DNA of 64,000 nucleotides from a virus (taxonomy: Duplodnaviria; Caudoviricetes): the IMG/VR virus record IMGVR_UViG_3300028048_000047, positions 64,001-128,000 of that record. The stretch is one strand, 5' to 3'. The notes under the pieces were generated by a model that was not told the DNA's origin, did not search any database, and was given only the letters and a program-made list of their open reading frames with translations. Below, piece by piece: positions 63,739 through 64,000 of the stretch; position 1 is the first letter of the stretch, and each line of letters begins with the position of its first letter. The position numbers and the translations under genes were made by a program.

Positions 63739-63987
63739 ATGAAATATGTGTTATGGTTGGTGATTTGTATGGTTAGAAAACAATTTAAAAAAGGGGATTT
63801 TGATGAAGATTGTGAAAGGTTTGTAGCTTTTAAAAGAGATGAATCTTATAATTTATATGATATTGTTGATACTGAAAAATTAGATTATGTGGGTTTTATT
63901 GTGCCTTATAATGACTATAAAGAGTGTGAAAGAGATTGTAATATAATGAATGTAGTAGATTATCTTTTAAAAGAGTTACAAGGATAA
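63739..63987 (+). CDS. RF family protein
   Basis: ERF…IVDT…VVDYL. Confidence 0.5.
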   Translation: MKYVLWLVICMVRKQFKKGDFDEDCERFVAFKRDESYNLYDIVDTEKLDYVGFIVPYNDYKECERDCNIMNVVDYLLKELQG

Positions 63988-64000
63988 ACTGAAAAAGAAA

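Larger units (their letters stand above)
1..64000 (+). mobile_element. Segment of a large archaeal (Methanobacteriales) tailed dsDNA virus/provirus
   Basis: Dense unidirectional short ORFs; ERF, holin-like, HNH, DUF3310 genes; archaeal PCNA/ThyA/ERCC4/DUF1922; TATA promoters; no housekeeping operons. Confidence 0.85.

Noticed and set aside
1-64000. GGATG (FokI-like) avoidance suggested by frequent GGACG
   Set aside because: Many GGATG sites are present (e.g. near 552, 3021, 8283); any depletion is partial and needs counting
1-64000. tRNA or rRNA genes
   Set aside because: No GC-rich cloverleaf or T-loop signatures noticed in the intergenic gaps

Overview
Very AT-rich 64-kb segment in which essentially every credible gene is on the + strand. 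It is best explained as part of a large tailed dsDNA virus (or provirus) of a Methanobacteriales archaeon (Methanobrevibacter-like). Support: archaeal BRE/TATA promoters, archaeal-type PCNA, ThyA, dUTPase and XPF/ERCC4, and a DUF1922-like protein. Viral traits include holin-like genes, an ERF recombinase, HNH, DUF3310 and >130 short orphan ORFs. No capsid, portal, terminase, polymerase, tRNA or CRISPR was seen. Main modules: (i) 7.1-13.5 kb, holin-like genes followed by a 7-deazaguanine/DNA-modification cluster (QueD, QueE, MTase, ParB-like, SurE, TGT-like, degenerate QueC, second ParB-like, rubrerythrin), with SurE-TGT-QueC bracketed by an identical 86-bp direct repeat; (ii) 13.6-38 kb, nucleotide metabolism, replication and recombination genes; (iii) 39-64 kb, a large array of short translationally coupled ORFs dominated by one hypervariable 'MTEKRF...LLNxL..ENxxLK' family. 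That family shares a start junction (AATGACTGA) and includes chimeric, fused and frameshifted members. All product calls come from motif recognition, not database searches.
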